DNA of 64,000 bases, taken from Azolla caroliniana. Taxonomy: Eukaryota > Plantae > Polypodiophyta. Location: contig JBHGNT010000007.1 of assembly GCA_043228905.1 (NCBI GenBank), forward strand, positions 21,824,001-21,888,000. The letters run 5' to 3'. The position numbers were made by a program, and so were the translations under genes. A model generated the notes under the pieces. It searched no databases, was not told where the DNA came from, and was given only the letters and a program-made list of their open reading frames with translations. Positions 23,000 to 33,422 of this stretch are shown one piece after another. Numbering within the stretch: the first letter of the stretch is position 1; the number at the start of each line of letters is the position of its first letter.

Positions 23000-23298
23000 T
23001 GTCGAATACAAGTGTATAATGGACGTATTCACACTATCCCTTTTGTATAGCTCAAGTTTGGGTCATTTGTGTAATTAGCATAAATGGTAGTTGCCCTAAG
23101 TCGGTCACTATATATAGTGACCTTGTAACCTTTTTGTAAGGTTGGGTGTTGTATTATTTCTTCTATTGAATAGAAAGTCTTTTGTGCCTCTCTCTCTCTC
23201 TCTCTCTCTCTCCCTATCTCAGAAACTGTCATACGCAGGTACTCAACCCTAAAAGAATGCTTCTTGATCTTCCGCATTGACGGCCCTTGCTTCCAACA
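23000..23298 (+). repeat. Copia-2 3' LTR (299 bp)
   Basis: Direct repeat of 17795-18095. Confidence 0.96.
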
Positions 23299-23886
23299 AC
23301 ACTGTCCAAGGAGTCCCTCGTAAACCACTTTCACCACTGTGAGACCTAGCTCTTCAAAGTAGAGCCTAATTCTTGTTGGCAATACATGGAGGGAAGGCAC
23401 TAAGATACGCACCTTAGGCACCTCCGCGATTGTGTTTGCCATAGACATTTTTTGAGGGAAAATCGTCCCTATCTGTTCACCGAAAAAAGGAAGCAAATGG
23501 CACAAATGGGGAGGGAGGCCAGGAAATGTTGCAGTGATCACCCTAGGGTTGTTAAGTTTTCGTAACTCTTCACTTGGATTGAACCCTGGTGACCATGGCT
23601 GGAGCAACACCTTGCCGTACTTCAATTCAAGTACCTTGAGCTCTACCAAGGGTTGCGCCAACGAATCATCACCCAATTCAATGTGGAAGAAATTTTTCCC
23701 TAAACCCTTGACACTCTTGATCGATGGCATGTTCTCCATCACGGCCACTTGGAGCATGTCTCGAACCATGCCACGATTTGGTCTACCTGCGAGAAACCTA
23801 CATACAAAGGACGTACGTCGTAGGCGTTCGATTTCCTCCCCTAAGAGTCGGTTGGCCTCCGGGGACAAGGTGATGTCTAAATCCAT
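23299..23886 (-). pseudogene. LINE-A ORF1 5' part (DUF4283-like RRM region)
   Basis: LGKNFFHIEL, LLQPWSPGFNP, FPGLPPHL, VVYEGLLGQC; joins 17794 in frame across the TSD to give ~436 aa. Confidence 0.85.
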
Positions 23887-24380
23887 ACTTCTCCTTGTAG
23901 CGAACTAGGGTCTGTTGGGAGTTTGGAGCCTCCCCCCACATTAGTTGGAAGTTCGGATCCTCCCACCATGTCAAGCTATACGTTCTGATTTTTTAGTTCT
24001 CTGTCTTCCTCTCCCCCCCCCCCCCCTCCCCCCCTCTTTTCTATCTTTTTTCTTTTTAAAAATTTTTTTCATTATTATTTGGGGGGAGGTATTGCGGTGG
24101 GTACCTGATGGCAAGTGTGCTAAAGCGGCGGCCGCAGAACAACCATTAGCCGTTGATGAGCGGCCGAAACTCCCTCTTGCGCTAGCAGCTGTTTCTCACT
24201 CGCTTTTGTGGGGCTGCTCCTCAGTTCCTTCTCACGACATGCCGCATGGTCCGCTCCTGCCTGCAAGTCTGCTGAAGCGGCAGCCGCAGAACAACCACCA
24301 GTTGCTGAAGAGCGGACCAACCTCCCTCCTACGCTCTTACTTTGTGGGGTAGCTCAACCTCCCTCCTACGCTCTTACGTT

Positions 24381-24480
24381 GATTCAAGTTTGAAAACTTC
24401 CAAACTGGTTAAGGATTAACCAGTTTGGTTTGTACAAGGCCAAATAGGTTAAGCCAAAACCGAACCATTGTCGATTCTTG
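24381..24480. mobile_element. hAT-type MITE end fragment
   Basis: AAACCG-like subterminal motifs; inverted homology to 27333-27430. Confidence 0.55.
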
Positions 24481-25160
24481 TGCACATCTATACACATGTT
24501 TGTCTTCGTATCTGTACTTGCAAAAACACACACTAGGATTGTCCTATCTCTTATATTTTTTATATCAGCCTATGAATGTTGTTAATAGATAATACAACGT
24601 ATAATAAAGAAAAAGTGCTTGCAAAAATCTACATTTATTTTGTTCGTGTTATGAAGGAACTTGTAACTAAAGAAAAGGGTTATGCATTAATTGAGAGATG
24701 TGACTAACGCGAGTAGAATCAAGAAGTTAATTAAGACATAGTTATTAAGCTAGTTTGAGATCAAGATGATGTAAACAATATTAAGTTAGGTTACACTCAA
24801 TTTGAGTCATGTGGGTAGTGCATGGTTTTTAAAGAGAACTCTTTGAATCGACAAGATTATTAAAATAGTAATAAACTTAAAATGAACTCCCCTCCAATCC
24901 ATCATAGTTCCTTTTTGTATCCTCTATTCTTTTGTAGAACGGTACTTATTATGCTTGTCTTGGACATACATATACTATCATATATGTAAGCTTTCTATTT
25001 GTCATGCGTCATGAGTCATGAGTCATGTGCCAAGCCATAATACAAAGTACCTTCTATAAATAAAGCTAATAAACTTACCCTTAGATGAGGAATTTTTGCT
25101 TTTGTTTCACCTAAGGTGGATTGCCTTGTTAATTAATATAAATGCCTCATATAGTAGAGG

Positions 25161-25879
25161 TGTAAGTGTCACACCTTGATTGGGATCAAGATGAACAATT
25201 GTATTTATACGTGTTCCTAAGAACTACATGTAGGCAAAGAATATTCCGAAAATATGCATGGATGCTCCATAAGTTTCTAAAACATTCCAAGGATTTCTAG
25301 AATGATGAAACTACTCTAAATGTACAAGTATTTTGTCACAACCACTTGATGTGTTGAGATGCATTGGCTATGTTAATTGGTTATGACATGGGACGTTTGG
25401 GGTTTAATTCTCGTTTATGATAATATGGCTTGAATACTACTAGTCTCCATAAAATACATGATTTTGGTCAATTAAACCTTTAATTGTTTTTGACATCATT
25501 TCCCTTGCCAGTTGAAATCAATGGGACATCATCAAGTTGCCCATCATGGTTTACGAAATTATGAGTAACCTAAATGTGGATGGTGGCGCCCTTTCCCATA
25601 TGCCACATTGAAAAATGTGGGAAGGAGGGGCCGAGGGGGAGTCTTGTATTATAAATTGAACACTCCTCCCTTAGGTTTTTCAATCGCATTCCAAACTCAT
25701 ATGTAATAGTTTGGTCTTATTTTCTTCTTCTTTTGTAATATTTCTTAACGAGATATTAATTTGGCTAGTGTCCAAGGACGTAGGCAAAATTAACCAAAAC
25801 TCGTTAGATTTCTGGTGTTTTTATTTTCGTATTTTCTTTTGCTTTTATTTAATAGCATTATTTTAATGATTTTGCAACA
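25161..25879. mobile_element. Degenerate or composite LTR remnant
   Basis: TG start, CAACA end, TATAAAT, copia U5-like GGACGTAGGC...; left part weakly resembles the reverse complement of 6220-6510; TSD not clean. Confidence 0.4.
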
Positions 25880-25917
25880 CTAGAGGAGTCTCTTAAAGGT
25901 CACCATACTCATGCATC

Positions 25918-26283
25918 TAACAGTCAACAACGGTTCCATTTGGACCGAACCGAACCACGCAACCTTGGCTTAACCATTTAAACAGTTCAGTTCGGTTCAG
26001 GTTCAAGTTTTAAAACGGTTCGGATGGGTTTCAACTGTTAGAAACCGCGGTTTAAATGGTTAACGGTTTATTTTAAACAATCTTCTCATTTTCAAGCCTT
26101 ATTCTCACATTTTAGGAAAATCTTTAAATTTTAAAATAAGGAAATATTTTAATATTTTATATTTTTTGACATAAGTTGAAAACCGAAAGCACAGTTTTAA
26201 CGGTTTCGTGGTTCGGTTCAAGTTTCAAACTTTTTTAACGGTTCGGTTTTGACACTCTCAAACCGAACCATTGCCAATTGCTA
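25918..26283. mobile_element. hAT-derived MITE (366 bp)
   Basis: Imperfect TIRs TAACAGTCAACAACGGTTC / GAACCATTGCCAATTGCTA; 8-bp TSD CATGCATC/CATGCATG; many AACCG/CGGTT motifs. Confidence 0.75.
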
Positions 26284-27332
26284 CATGCATGATGCAACAC
26301 ATCCAATTGTCTCCCCTCAATATTCAACACGTTGCGTTGCTCGCCCATTGACACCCGATTTTATATCACTTGGCTCACATCAACCCCTTGTTCAAAATCA
26401 CCTCCCTTGGACCACACATTCCACATCTTCTACTCCATCCCTATAGTCAAAAGCATCCACCCTTCCTTGACTCAGTAGACTTGGGATCGCAATCAAACTA
26501 TAGATAAACACAAAATCCAAAACTAGTGATAAGGCACAATCACACATTGACGGATAGTGTACCACAAGTATCGTGAGGGAAAAGCGAAAAGACCCCGTTG
26601 TATGTCGGGAGTGCAATAGAAAACCTGAAATCCAATGCAAACTATCAGTCGGAAGAGTGAAGCTGAGAAAATGCGGTATGTATCACAATTTGATACACTC
26701 GGGCCATCACATTATCGAAATTTACATACTTATAAAGTTATATCTATATGGTGATAAATGTCGGATGGTAGGCAAAGATAGGTATGGGTAACAAGTAGTA
26801 AGCAATTAATAGTTAATTGAGCAAAAGGATATGGTTATGTAATTTGACATTCTTAATCTATCTCCTCCCTTTTCAATATGGTATGCGATGTATGTATAAA
26901 CATTATAAATAGACTAGAGTCTAGGGCCATTTATGTGGCCCATTGCACAAGTTTTACTTGAAATGAATGGGATCACACACACAGGTGAACCCACATCATG
27001 TCACTCCTCTAGAGACATTCATGAAGGCTCGTATCTTTACGATAGTTCATGGAACACAAGCACAAGTGGATGTTTATATCTAAATCTTCAATGGAATAAG
27101 ATAACCCAGTGAACAATGCTAGCCCCCCCCCTGAAAAAAGAAAAAAGAAAAAAGACAAAAAACAAAAACAAAAGCATTGGGGATTAAGAGTCGAGAATCG
27201 AGGACTGTTTCGTCCATCGATCGAAGGGTTTTAGGAATCCACAGAAAAAGTACGATGATATCCGTCACTAATTTAACCACACTTTTTAAACGTATTGAGA
27301 ACCTATATTTGTCATTCTTTTAACGTATTGAG

Positions 27333-27610
27333 TAAGAGTCGGAAGCGATTCGGTTTCGGGCTTAACCGGTTTGGCCTTGTCCAAACTAAACCGATAATGC
27401 CTAACCGGTTTGGGAGTTCTCAAATTTGAACTAGACCCATCCCTAAACCGATTAAGCGTCGACCATGCAAGCCTAAACTGGGTTAGGAACCGGTTTGGCC
27501 CAAACCGAGCTCAAAGTGGTTAAGGAAGCTCTAGCCTAAACCGAACCGCCAAGCCAAATAGGTCGGTTGAACGGCTCGGTTCAGGCTTGAGCCAGAGCTG
27601 GTTCATCACA
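27333..27610. mobile_element. hAT-type MITE fragment upstream of DHNAT
   Basis: Starts TAAGAGTCGG; dense AAACCG/CGGTTT motifs; related to 24381-24480. Confidence 0.6.
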
Positions 27611-27885
27611 AGAAAGGCGAGAAAGAGAGAAACAATGGAAGCATGAGAGGTTGGAAGAGAGAGAGAGATATATAGAGAGAGAGAGAGAGAGAGAAAAAAA
27701 CAGGGTCCATTCCATCACGAGATTACAGATCACGCAGAGCACGTGATTTGTGTGTGTGTGTGTGGGCGATTTTCTCTTCCCTTCTTCATATCAATTCACT
27801 CACACACAGACTCTGATCAGACACAGATTGACAGATTCAAAGCCACAGACAGAGAGAGAGAGAGAGAGAGAAAGAGAGAAGATCA

Positions 27886-28026
27886 ATGGTTACATCTCGT
27901 GTGGAAGAATTAGAGGGTTTCCATGTCGTCTTGTCTGAGTCAATTAGGTTTATCGGTTTCATATCCGAGATCACAACGCCCCGACAAGTGGCCGGTCGTT
28001 TCACGGTCAGCAAGGCCTCTTGCCAG
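27886..28026 (+). CDS. DHNAT: DHNA-CoA thioesterase-like (PaaI/hotdog), exon 1
   Basis: ATG to ...IGF...VAGRFTVSKASCQ, 47 codons; donor CAG/GTAATG, phase 0. Confidence 0.85.
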
Positions 28027-28084
28027 GTAATGGTACCTTCCATCCCTTCTCATTCACTCCTTTTGGCCATCTAAGAATCAGGGC

Positions 28085-28558
28085 TTTAGGGTTTAGGGTT
28101 TTTATGGATCAGTTGGATATGATCCATTTCATTCCATGGTGCTAAACCCTGGACACAGACATTCAAATTACACAGAAACCCTAAAACCAACAATAGCAGG
28201 GGGTTTAGGGTTTATGGTTTTTATGGATCAGTTGGATATGATCCATTTCATTCCATGGTGCTAAACCCTGGACACAGACATTCAAATTACACAGAAACCC
28301 TAAAACCAACAGTAGCAGGGGGTTTAGGGTTTAGGGTTTTTATGGATCAGTTGGATATGATCCATTTCATTCCATGGTGCTAAACCCTGGACACAGACAT
28401 TCAAATTACACAGAAACCCTAAAACCAACAGTAGCAGGGGGTTTAGGGTTTAGGGTTTTTATGGATCAGTTGGATATGATCCATTTCATTCCATGGTGCT
28501 AAACCCTGGACACAGACATTCAAATTACACAGAAACCCTAAAACCAACAGTAGCAGGG
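28085..28558. repeat. 119-bp tandem repeat x4 in DHNAT intron 1
   Basis: TGGATCAGTTGG at 28105, 28224, 28343, 28462; units nearly identical. Confidence 0.95.
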
Positions 28559-28599
28559 CTCCCTTACCACCACCACCACCATCACTGCCACTACTCATA

Positions 28600-28695
28600 C
28601 CCCTAACCCTAACCCTAACACTAGCCCTAGCCATAACCCTAACCCTAACCCTACTCCTAATACTAACCTTAAAAACTAACACTCAACCTAACCCT
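28600..28695. repeat. Degenerate (CCCTAA)n telomere-like tract
   Basis: CCCTAACCCTAACCCTAACACTAGCCCTAGCCATAACCCTAACCCTAACCCTAC. Confidence 0.8.
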
Positions 28696-28730
28696 TGCCA
28701 TCCAAGGATAATTGACCGCTTTCATTGCAG

Positions 28731-28922
28731 CCTTTTAATGTGCTTCACGGAGGGGTGTCGGCACTGATCGCGGAGGCGCTCGCCAGTGCCGGGGCATTCC
28801 TAGCATCCGGTAAACAACGTGTGGCGGGGGTCGAGCTCAACATCAACCACTTGAAAGCGGCGCCCATTGGGACCGAAATCTTTGTATCGGCCGAGCCTGT
28901 TCATACCGGACGAACATTACAT
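28731..28922 (+). CDS. DHNAT: DHNA-CoA thioesterase-like, exon 2
   Basis: TTGCAG acceptor; PFNVLHGGVSALIAEALAS...RVAGVELNINHLK; donor CAT/GTAGGC. Confidence 0.92.
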
Positions 28923-28967
28923 GTAGGCATGATTGTGGCCCTGATCAAAGATCGATGTTAGGGTTTC

Positions 28968-29250
28968 ATATATGATATATATGTATGTTTCTATATATGT
29001 ATCTATGTATCTATGTTTATGTATGTATGTATGTATGTATATTTATGTGTATCTATATATTTATGTATGTATCTATATATGTATGTATATTTATTTATGT
29101 ATGTATGTATAATTATGTATGTATCTATATATGTATGTGTGTATGTATGTATACCTATGTATCTATATATGTATGTGTATAATTATGTATGTATATTTAT
29201 GTATGTATCTATATATGTATGTATCTATATATGTATGTATGTATGTATGT
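28968..29250. repeat. (TATG)n-type microsatellite in DHNAT intron 2
   Basis: Low-complexity TATG/TATC/TA run. Confidence 0.9.
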
Positions 29251-29474
29251 TTGACAAATGCATCATGATATTAGGGGCGAACATTATGTGTGGAATGCAT
29301 GATTCTCGGCATTCTTTTGGTTTTGCTTTCCCCAAGTTTTGTTGTATATTTAGGTAAAACCTTAAAAGAGGGTGTGGGGTTCCATGGGTCATCCATTACA
29401 TGGTTTGTGGTTTTTTGTTTGTTCTTCTCCTTGATTTAGTTTTGTGACCCCGTGTTTTTTTGTCATGTATGTAG

Positions 29475-29633
29475 GTGTGGGATGTGACCTTTTCGAAGGT
29501 TTCAAAGTCTGCTAAGGAAATCGTGGGGGCGGATGACACCAAGATAGCCGTGTCGAGAGTCACCCTCATGGTTGGATTAGATAAAGAACCCAATCAACAT
29601 GATCAAACCACAAAGCCATTGGCAAGGTTGTAA
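29475..29633 (+). CDS. DHNAT: DHNA-CoA thioesterase-like, exon 3 (total 163 aa, PTS1 -ARL)
   Basis: TGTAG acceptor; VWDVTFSK...AVSRVTL...PLARL then TAA. Confidence 0.88.
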   Translation: MWDVTFSKVSKSAKEIVGADDTKIAVSRVTLMVGLDKEPNQHDQTTKPLARL

Positions 29634-31923
29634 AAGTCTTACATAACTTCTCATAATATGATGAAACGTAAGGAGTGTCTGCATAAAAAAGCAGAAGGAT
29701 TTGGTCTCGGGTCGCATGAGGGGGTTTCATTCCAAATGCCCATAATTTCCAATACCCCTACATTGAAATGATCCAAAAACCTAAAGTCTATGATCTCTCA
29801 TCATCAAATTAGCATTTTAGGCATGTATTTAATAAGTATTATGCGGAATAATTCGTATTGTGTCAACTCACTTAACATCATTCATTATTCATGAACAAAG
29901 ATACCTAATATATTGATTATCAAAGTATCAAAGCATAAAATTGTAGTATAGGTATAAATATAGGTATATGTATTCCTACACCTATACCTAAGTGTGTATT
30001 TGTTATTTTTTTTCCCAAAAAAAAACTCCTTCCATTAGTTATAGAATTTTACATATGAGATTAATGTATACAAATCCTTGTAGGGACGCGATAGATCTAT
30101 CTTATGTGGATGCCCACCGACTCAATAAATGGGGAGGTCGACCATTTTTGGATGAAGGCTAGTCGTTCTCTTTCAACTCCATTAGAGTCGCCATTGAGAC
30201 CATTATATTGACTTTTTAGAGTGGCTACAACTTCACTCTATATCTCTTGCATTAACACTATTGGCTTCGCGGTTTGGTTAAAGAAGACTTGTCTACACCG
30301 TTGTTTCTATAGAGTCCAAAGAGTTATTGGGTTGACCAATTCCAACACTACTTGAGATTTGGCATTGATAGAAGTTGAGTGGACATTGTTGATGGTGGAG
30401 AAAAAAACCTCTTGTGCTTTGCCATCCCCTCCGGATGCTTATATTTGTCAATTGGGGCCTGCCATAATAGCCAATATATAGTTCCCCACATGATTAAGCC
30501 TTGCACCTGACATAATTGCAATAAGCGGCCAACCCCCTACCATATTCGATGGGTCTTTGGGCAACCCCACAAATCGTGTCAGATTGATTCTATTGCATTT
30601 GGGCACACTACACAATTAGGAGAGCTAAGGTTCTCACACTGTCATGCACCAACCGGTAGTAACCTATATATTAATAAGTGGTGATTCGCCGTGTGTGTTG
30701 TTTCCAACTTTTTTTCTAAAACTTGGTGATAATTGTGTGAGGAACTTGATTTGTGTGCAAGACCTTTGCAACAGCCAGCTCTCGGGCGGTTTGCTGTGAA
30801 TATGGCAACCCAATCTAGTTGTGAATTGAAAGAAAGGGATGGGTTTGCTTCCTTGCCTCGCGTAAGGATCATGCCAGGTCCATTACAAAGGGTCCTAACT
30901 AACCTTACGTAGCCATATGTTTTCGTGAGTACATATGTGCCAATTTGGTTGTACTTTGACAGGATTAGGATCTACAATCCATTTATGCCTAGTATACGCT
31001 AGTACTCGAATTGCCTTATTCTGTGTTGGTGTCTCCATGTCTTGCAATTTAGAGCTTGTGATCTTGTTTGGTGTTTCCCTACCTCTTGGGATCAAAGAAC
31101 CCTCCTCCTCGTAGCCTACCCATTTCTCTATTGTCGTTATTTGATGAGCAACTTCCCTAATCAATAAAGCATTGATGTTTTTACATCTCATAACCCATCT
31201 GCCCTTGATTCCATGGAGTATGTTGGCTTGGTCTTGTATTGGCAATGACATAAACCGTCTCCAACATTCTATACTTTTTCATGAACCTTTCGTAATGTAT
31301 CCCCATGACAACCCCTTGATCCAATTAATTGATTAGATTCATCTCTTATACATGGGTTCCATAGGATACATTGAATTGAGCTAAGCAGGTTCAGAGTTAG
31401 GTTGATCGCACTTGAGCCCTCGTCTAATGTCACACCACGCCTTCCACATGGATGCATTGAATCTATCCTCCAATTGGCCTCTTTTTTTGGCTTAAAGTAA
31501 GCGAACCATAATTGCAACAACATTTTCCAGCAATCATTCCTTGGTTGGAGTCCTCGCACCACAAATTTTGCGAGTAGGGCTTTTGATTGTGAGAGAGGAT
31601 CAGTAAGAGACCCAATCCTCCTCTCGACTTAGGTGATGTGAGTATAGGCCACACCACCTTGGCCCGAGTTGCATGATCTTCCTTACCATACCAAATGTTG
31701 TTGTGTACCAATCACTGAATTGGGTGTATACTTTCCTTGGAGAGTGTCCAACATGATAGGTTGTACCACGCTGTTGCGAGTAATACCTGATTTGCCATTG
31801 ATGCGCCCCACTAACGAGAGTTTTTTCAAACTCCAATGTATCAGCTTTTGTTGAATGGAGTGAATAACTAGTGCAATAATAGTCTTCGGAGGTATGTTGA
31901 ACCCAATTTGGAAACCCAAATAT

Positions 31924-32506
31924 TTGGTGCTCGCTCCTTGATTGATTCACTTGAAAACGGGATGGGGGTGCCATGCACGATGTTCTTCATGATAAAGCCA
32001 TATTGCACAGGATTTGTGCCAATTGATCATGGCATTGGATCTCGATGTGCTTCATGAGAAAGCCATATTGCACAGGATTGGTGCTCGCTCCTTAATTGAT
32101 TCACTTGAAAACGGGATGGGGGTGCCGTGCATGATGTGCTTCATGAGAAAGCCATATTGCACAGGATTTGTGCCAATTGATCATGGCATTGGATCTCGAT
32201 GTGCTTCATGAGAAAGCCATATTGCATAGGATTGGTGCTCGCTCCTTGATTGATTCACTTGAAAACGGGATGGGGGTGCCATGCATGATGTGCTTCATGA
32301 GAAAGCCATATTGCACAGGATTTGTGCCAATTGATCATGGCATTGGATCTCGATGTGCTTCATGAGAAAGCCATATTGCATAGGATTGGTGCTCGCTCCT
32401 TGATTGATTCACTTGAAAACAGGATGGGGGTGCCATGCATGATGTGCTTCATGAGAAAGCCATATTGCACAGGATTTGTGCCAATTGATCATGGCATTGG
32501 ATCTCT
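31924..32506. repeat. 154-bp compound tandem repeat inside LINE-B RT
   Basis: Near-identical ORFs at 32014, 32168, 32322; structure (ABCB)3ABC. Confidence 0.93.
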
Positions 32507-33016
32507 TGCAAAATACGTCTAAACCACTTTCTAGCTTTTGTAAATTTTCCAAATCCCCTTGTAGGTAGGCTGCGGTGTCATATGCAAATTCTATATCCAG
32601 TAGGCTTTGGTGAGAGTGCGGCACACGAAGAGCACATAGGTTTAGTTGTCGCGAGTTGAGAAAGCTAGAGAGTGCTTCGGCGTATAATAGAAATAAGGAT
32701 GGAGCCAATGGGTATCCCTGTCGTACAAACTGCGATAGTCGGAAGAAGGGGGCCCTTTCACCTGCTAATGAAACACAACTGCTGGCATTCCTATATATCC
32801 ATGACTTTATAGAAAGTTCTAGCATACCCTGTCATATGCTTTCTCAAAATCTAGGAGCACCACAACTACCTTGTTGTTGGTACGCTTGGAAAGGGCTACT
32901 ACATCCCAAAACGAGAAAAGGGTCTAGAATGCTTTGATTTCTAACGAAACCTGTCTAGGACGGATGAATGAGTTGAGGGAGAAGTGGTGTTAAGCGACGT
33001 GCCACGGTTTTTGCAA

Positions 33017-33422
33017 GCAACTTATAGACAATGTTGAGAAGAGTTATGGGTCACCACTTACTAATGTCGTTGGCACTCCCACCACTTTTAGGAATGAGAT
33101 GTATCATCCCTTGTCCAAATTCCTCCGGCATGTTTCCATTGGTGATGATCTCCTCATATGCCTGGAGGAGGTCTTCTTTAATAGTGTCACAAAGGCACGT
33201 GAAAAAGTGAGGAGTAAGGCAACTTATAGACAATGTTGAGAAGAGTTATGGGTCACCACTTACTAATGTCGTTGGCACTCCCACCACTTTTAGGAATGAG
33301 ATGTATCATCCCTTGTCCAAATTCTTCCGGCATGTTTCCATTGGTGATGATCTCCTCATATGCCTGGAGGAGGTCTTCTTTAATAGTGTCACAAAGGCAC
33401 GTGAAAAAGTGAGGAGTAAGGC
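33017..33422. repeat. 202-bp tandem duplication inside LINE-B
   Basis: GCAACTTATAGACAATG at 33017 and 33219; duplicated peptide LTPHFF...NDISKW. Confidence 0.93.

Larger units (their letters stand above)
17795..23298 (+). mobile_element. Ty1/copia LTR retrotransposon (Copia-2), full length and intact
   Basis: LTRs 17795-18095 and 23000-23298; perfect TSD ACACT; PBS TGGTATCAGAGCC at 18098-18110; PPT GGGGGAG at 22993-22999. Confidence 0.98.
7156..24000 (-). mobile_element. L1-clade LINE (LINE-A), interrupted by two LTR elements; 5' boundary approximate
   Basis: ORF1 with zinc knuckle; ORF2 fragments with APE, RT and zf-RVT in order; (AAAT)n tail near 7156; sequence is collinear once both LTR insertions are removed. 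Confidence 0.93.

Noticed and set aside
23029-23298. C-terminal part of ORF 23029-23886 as a novel fusion protein
   Set aside because: It is read-through of LINE ORF1 into the antisense Copia-2 LTR
24381-27430. Single 3-kb TIR transposon bounded by the inverted hAT-like pieces
   Set aside because: The apparent termini face inward, so these are ends of separate elements; no TSD or transposase
28985-29357. Hydrophobic Y/M/C/V-rich ORFs
   Set aside because: Translations of the intronic (TATG)n microsatellite
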